Shown: positions 60,891 through 64,000 of the stretch, piece after piece
Numbering within the stretch: the stretch's first letter is position 1
Layout of the letters: each line of letters starts with the position of its first letter
DNA from: Mobula hypostoma
Taxonomy: Eukaryota
Length of the DNA stretch: 64,000 nucleotides
Direction of reading: 5' to 3'
Assembly: GCF_963921235.1 (NCBI RefSeq)
Contig: NC_086097.1
Coordinates: 236,160,001 to 236,224,000 of the forward strand
Program-made: the position numbers and the translations under genes
Notes under the pieces: generated by a model
What the model was told of the DNA's origin: nothing
What the model saw: only the letters and a program-made list of their open reading frames with translations
Databases searched by the model: none

Positions 60891-61880
60891 TTTACAATAT
60901 ATTAATGACTTGGATGAGGGAATTAAATGCAGCATCTCCAAGTTTGCGGATGACACGAAGCTGGGTGGCAGTGTTAGCAGTGAGGAGGATGCTAAGAGGA
61001 TGCAGGGTGACTTGGATAGGTTGGGTGAGTGGGCAAATTCATGGCAGATGCAATTTAATGTGGATAAATGTGAAGTTATCCACTTTGGTGGCAAAAATAG
61101 GAAAACAGATTATTATCTGAATGGTGGCCGATTAGGAAAAGGGGAGGTGCAACGAGACCTGGGTGTCATTATACACCAGTCATTGAAAGTGGGCATGCAG
61201 GTACAGCAGGCAGTGAAAAAGGCAAATGGTATGCTGGCATTTACAGCGAGAGGATTTGAGTACAGGAGCAGGGAGGTACTACTGCAGTTGTACAAGGCCT
61301 TGGTGAGACCACACCTGGAGTATTGTGTGCAGTTTTGGTCCCCTAATCTGAGGAAAGACATCTTTGCCATAGAGGGAGTACAAAGAAGGTTCACCAGATT
61401 GATTCCTGGGATGGCAGGACTTTCATATGAAGAACGACTGGATGAACTGGGCTTGTTCTCGTTGGAATTTAGAAGATTGAGGGGGGATCTGATTGAAACG
61501 TATAAGATCCTAAAGGGATTGGACATTTTAGATGCAGGAAGATTGTTCCCGATGTTGGGGAAGTCCAGAACGAGGGGCCACAGTTTGAGGATAGAGGGGA
61601 AGCCTTTTAGGACCGAGATTAGGAAAAACTTCTTCACACAGAGAGTGGTGAATCTGTGGAATTCTCTGCCACAGGAAACTGTTGAGGCCAGTTCATTGGC
61701 TATATTTAAGAGGGAATTAGATATGGCCCTTGTGGCTACGGGGGTCAGGGGGTATGGAGGGAAGGCTGGGACGGGGTTCTGAGTTGGATGATCAGCCATG
61801 ATCATAATAAATGGCGGTGCAGGTTCGAAGGGCCGAATGGCCTCTCCTGCACCTATTTTCTATGTTTCTATGTTTCTATG
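60891..61880 (+). mobile_element. Young 5'-truncated CR1, sister copy of 49310-52230
   Basis: Translation nearly identical to the C-terminal ~290 aa of the 919-aa ORF; same (ctatgttt)n tail. Confidence 0.96.
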
Positions 61881-61890
61881 TTTAACATTC

Positions 61891-62010
61891 AAACACGAGG
61901 AAATCTGCAGATGCTGGAATTTCAAGCAAAACACACAAAAGTTGACTGTTCCTCTTCCTGGAGATGCTGCCTGGCCTGCTGCGTTGACCAGCAACTTTTG
62001 TATGTGTCCC
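61891..62010. mobile_element. 120-bp PLE-derived fold-back insertion
   Basis: TSD tttaacattc (61881-61890 and 62011-62020); inverted pLTR end joined to a forward arm starting gactg at 61944. Confidence 0.88.
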
Positions 62011-62529
62011 TTTAACATTCTATTGGTTTCGTTCTCTCTGCCCTTGCCACAGTCTCTGTGTCTTAAAATATTTTACCTCTTGCTTTCCCAAGGACTGAAG
62101 GAAATCCAAAACATTAGCCACTTCTCTCCAAAAAGGTGCTGCTTGATCTGAAATTAATTTCTGTTTCATTAGAGATTTTATCAGTTTGTTATAAATGTGA
62201 TCGATTCGCATGTTGCTAAAGAAACGTTCCATATAAGAAAATTGGTCTCACAATGGTCTTGCAGGGCCATTTATGTTTCAGAGAAATGCACACAAAATAC
62301 TGGAGGAACTATCAGGACTCAGACAGATCAGGAGAATGGACAAAGATGTAAATAAGGTTGAAAGAGTATAGAGAAAATTTAATAGGATATTGCTGGGATT
62401 TGAAGACCTGAGTTATGAGGAAAGGTTGAATTGGTTTAGACTTTATTCCCTAGAATGTAGAAGATTGAGAGATTTGATAGAGTTATTAAACGGTGGTTAG
62501 AATCACGGAGGAGAACTCTATTTTTTAAA

Positions 62530-63081
62530 GTGGAACATCACAAAGGTGCATACATCAGGATGTTCTTTATTGACTACAGTTTGGCATTCAATACGATAAT
62601 CCTCTCAAAACTAATCAATAAGCTTCAGGACCTAGGCTTCAATAATTCCTTGTGCAATCAGATTCTCGACTTCCTCATGTGCGGACTGCAGTCAGTTCAG
62701 ATTAGCAACAACATCTTCTCCAACAATTTTCACAGCACATGTGCACCATATGGTTGTGTGCTTAGCCCCCTGCTCTACACAATTTATACTTATGACTGTG
62801 AGGCTAAGCACAGCTCCAATGCCATATTTAAATTTGCTGATGACACTACTGTTGGTGGTCAAATCAAAGGTGGTGATGACTCAGCATATTGGAGGAAGAT
62901 TGACAATCTGGCTGAGTGATGTCACAACAGCAACTTCTCACTCAATGTAAGCAAAATTCAGGAACTGATTATTGATTTCAAGAGAAGGAAACCACAGCTC
63001 CATGAGACAGTTCTCAACAGGGGATTAAATGTGGCGAGATTTAGCAACTTTAAATTTTTCAGTGTTATCATTTCAGACGAT
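62530..63081 (+). mobile_element. Rex1/Babar LINE fragment, interrupted by the Gypsy LTR
   Basis: YIRMFFIDYSLAFNTI...GCVLSPLLYTIYTYD...KFADDT. Confidence 0.88.
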
Positions 63082-64000
63082 TGTAACACTCGCTTCGCCA
63101 AGCGGCTTAACATAGGGGTGATAACCCCTGCCTGGCCAAACTTATGAAATCTCATTTGGGTGGATGCTGTGCGATGTGTCCCTGTTACAAATCAGTACCC
63201 TAAGATAACAAACAGTACACAATATGTGATTAAATGATTAAGCTTTATAACTCTTACTTTGACTATATAGTTAGTAGAGAAACAAAATAGAAAAGAAAAA
63301 GGACCCAAATTGTAAGATTTAATAATAAACCCTCTGTGCACAAAGTTGGAGCTCACTCAGTTGTCCTTCTTCCACCCTCAGTCTCCTCCGAGCGTCGCCA
63401 ACCTTCGGACTCCTGCTCCGAGTCCACCCCGTCCGGCGATCTACTAAGTCTCTCCATTCGCGTCTTCTCCCTTCATCTCTCACTCTCCCTCTGACAAAAG
63501 CCCACTAAATCAACTGCTTCCAGAATCACAAAACAGGGCAACAAAATCCTGATTGGCTAACATCCATCCACAGTCCTGTTATCTCCAGCCATAACCCAAA
63601 CATTGCTGCTACAGCGAAACTGCTACTTCAACAGTGAACATTACAAAAAAAACTATTATATTAGCAGTGAACTCTTACAGTGTGTTACACTCTCCCCCCA
63701 TCAAATTTAGTCATGTCCTCACGACATTGAGATAATTCGCTAACCCTTCCTGCAAAACAAAAAGCCCAATCCAGGTGCAAAAGGCAGTGACGTAGCTCCC
63801 CAAAACAGTAGAGATCACGCTCTGTTTCCCAGGTGCTACATAGGCCAACCTATCCAGTGGTCTCTTAACTCTCTGAGACCTCCGTACCTCCTCACCTAAC
63901 TCTTCAGGCTCAGACGCTACTGGGGATACTTCTGGCCTACTTGGCAAGTCCTCCCCCGATCTATCACTCGTGTCCCCCTGCAACTCGGAGCCCCCTGTCC
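63082..64000 (-). mobile_element. Gypsy LTR retrotransposon 3' end (LTR 63082-63689, PPT, pol C-terminus), running off the window
   Basis: TGTAACAC/GTGTTACA 8-bp inverted LTR termini; polypurine tract on the minus strand at about 63690-63700; VRRSQRVKRPLDRL post-integrase motif. Confidence 0.9.

Noticed and set aside
11281..62010. Recurrent 36-nt motif as a possible CRISPR repeat
   Set aside because: Copies are dispersed, in both orientations and embedded in PLE termini; no regular spacers or cas genes; eukaryotic context

Overview
Eukaryotic, repeat-saturated vertebrate DNA. The repeat families and CR1 tail motifs suggest a cartilaginous fish, probably a ray; this is inference only. I could not support any host protein-coding exon, rRNA, true tRNA or CRISPR array, so the window looks like a large intron or intergenic region. 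Most of it is nested transposable elements: many CR1 LINEs (one with a nearly complete, stop-free 919-aa APE+RT ORF2 and one near-full-length copy with ORF1), Rex1/Babar and RTE LINE remnants, Penelope-like elements (PLEs) with GIY-YIG endonuclease, an RT-less HERO-like RLE element, Gypsy-type LTRs, a Tc1 element, hAT/Buster elements and tRNA-derived SINEs. The most interesting signal is RNA structure inside retroelements. A young PLE family carries minimal hammerhead ribozyme motifs and leaves short fold-back insertions with target-site duplications (TSDs), two of which begin exactly at the predicted self-cleavage site. There is also an RTE-derived short element with an HDV-ribozyme-like fold, and two local template-switch rearrangements. 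Boundaries of old elements are approximate, and family names come from motif recognition, not database searches.
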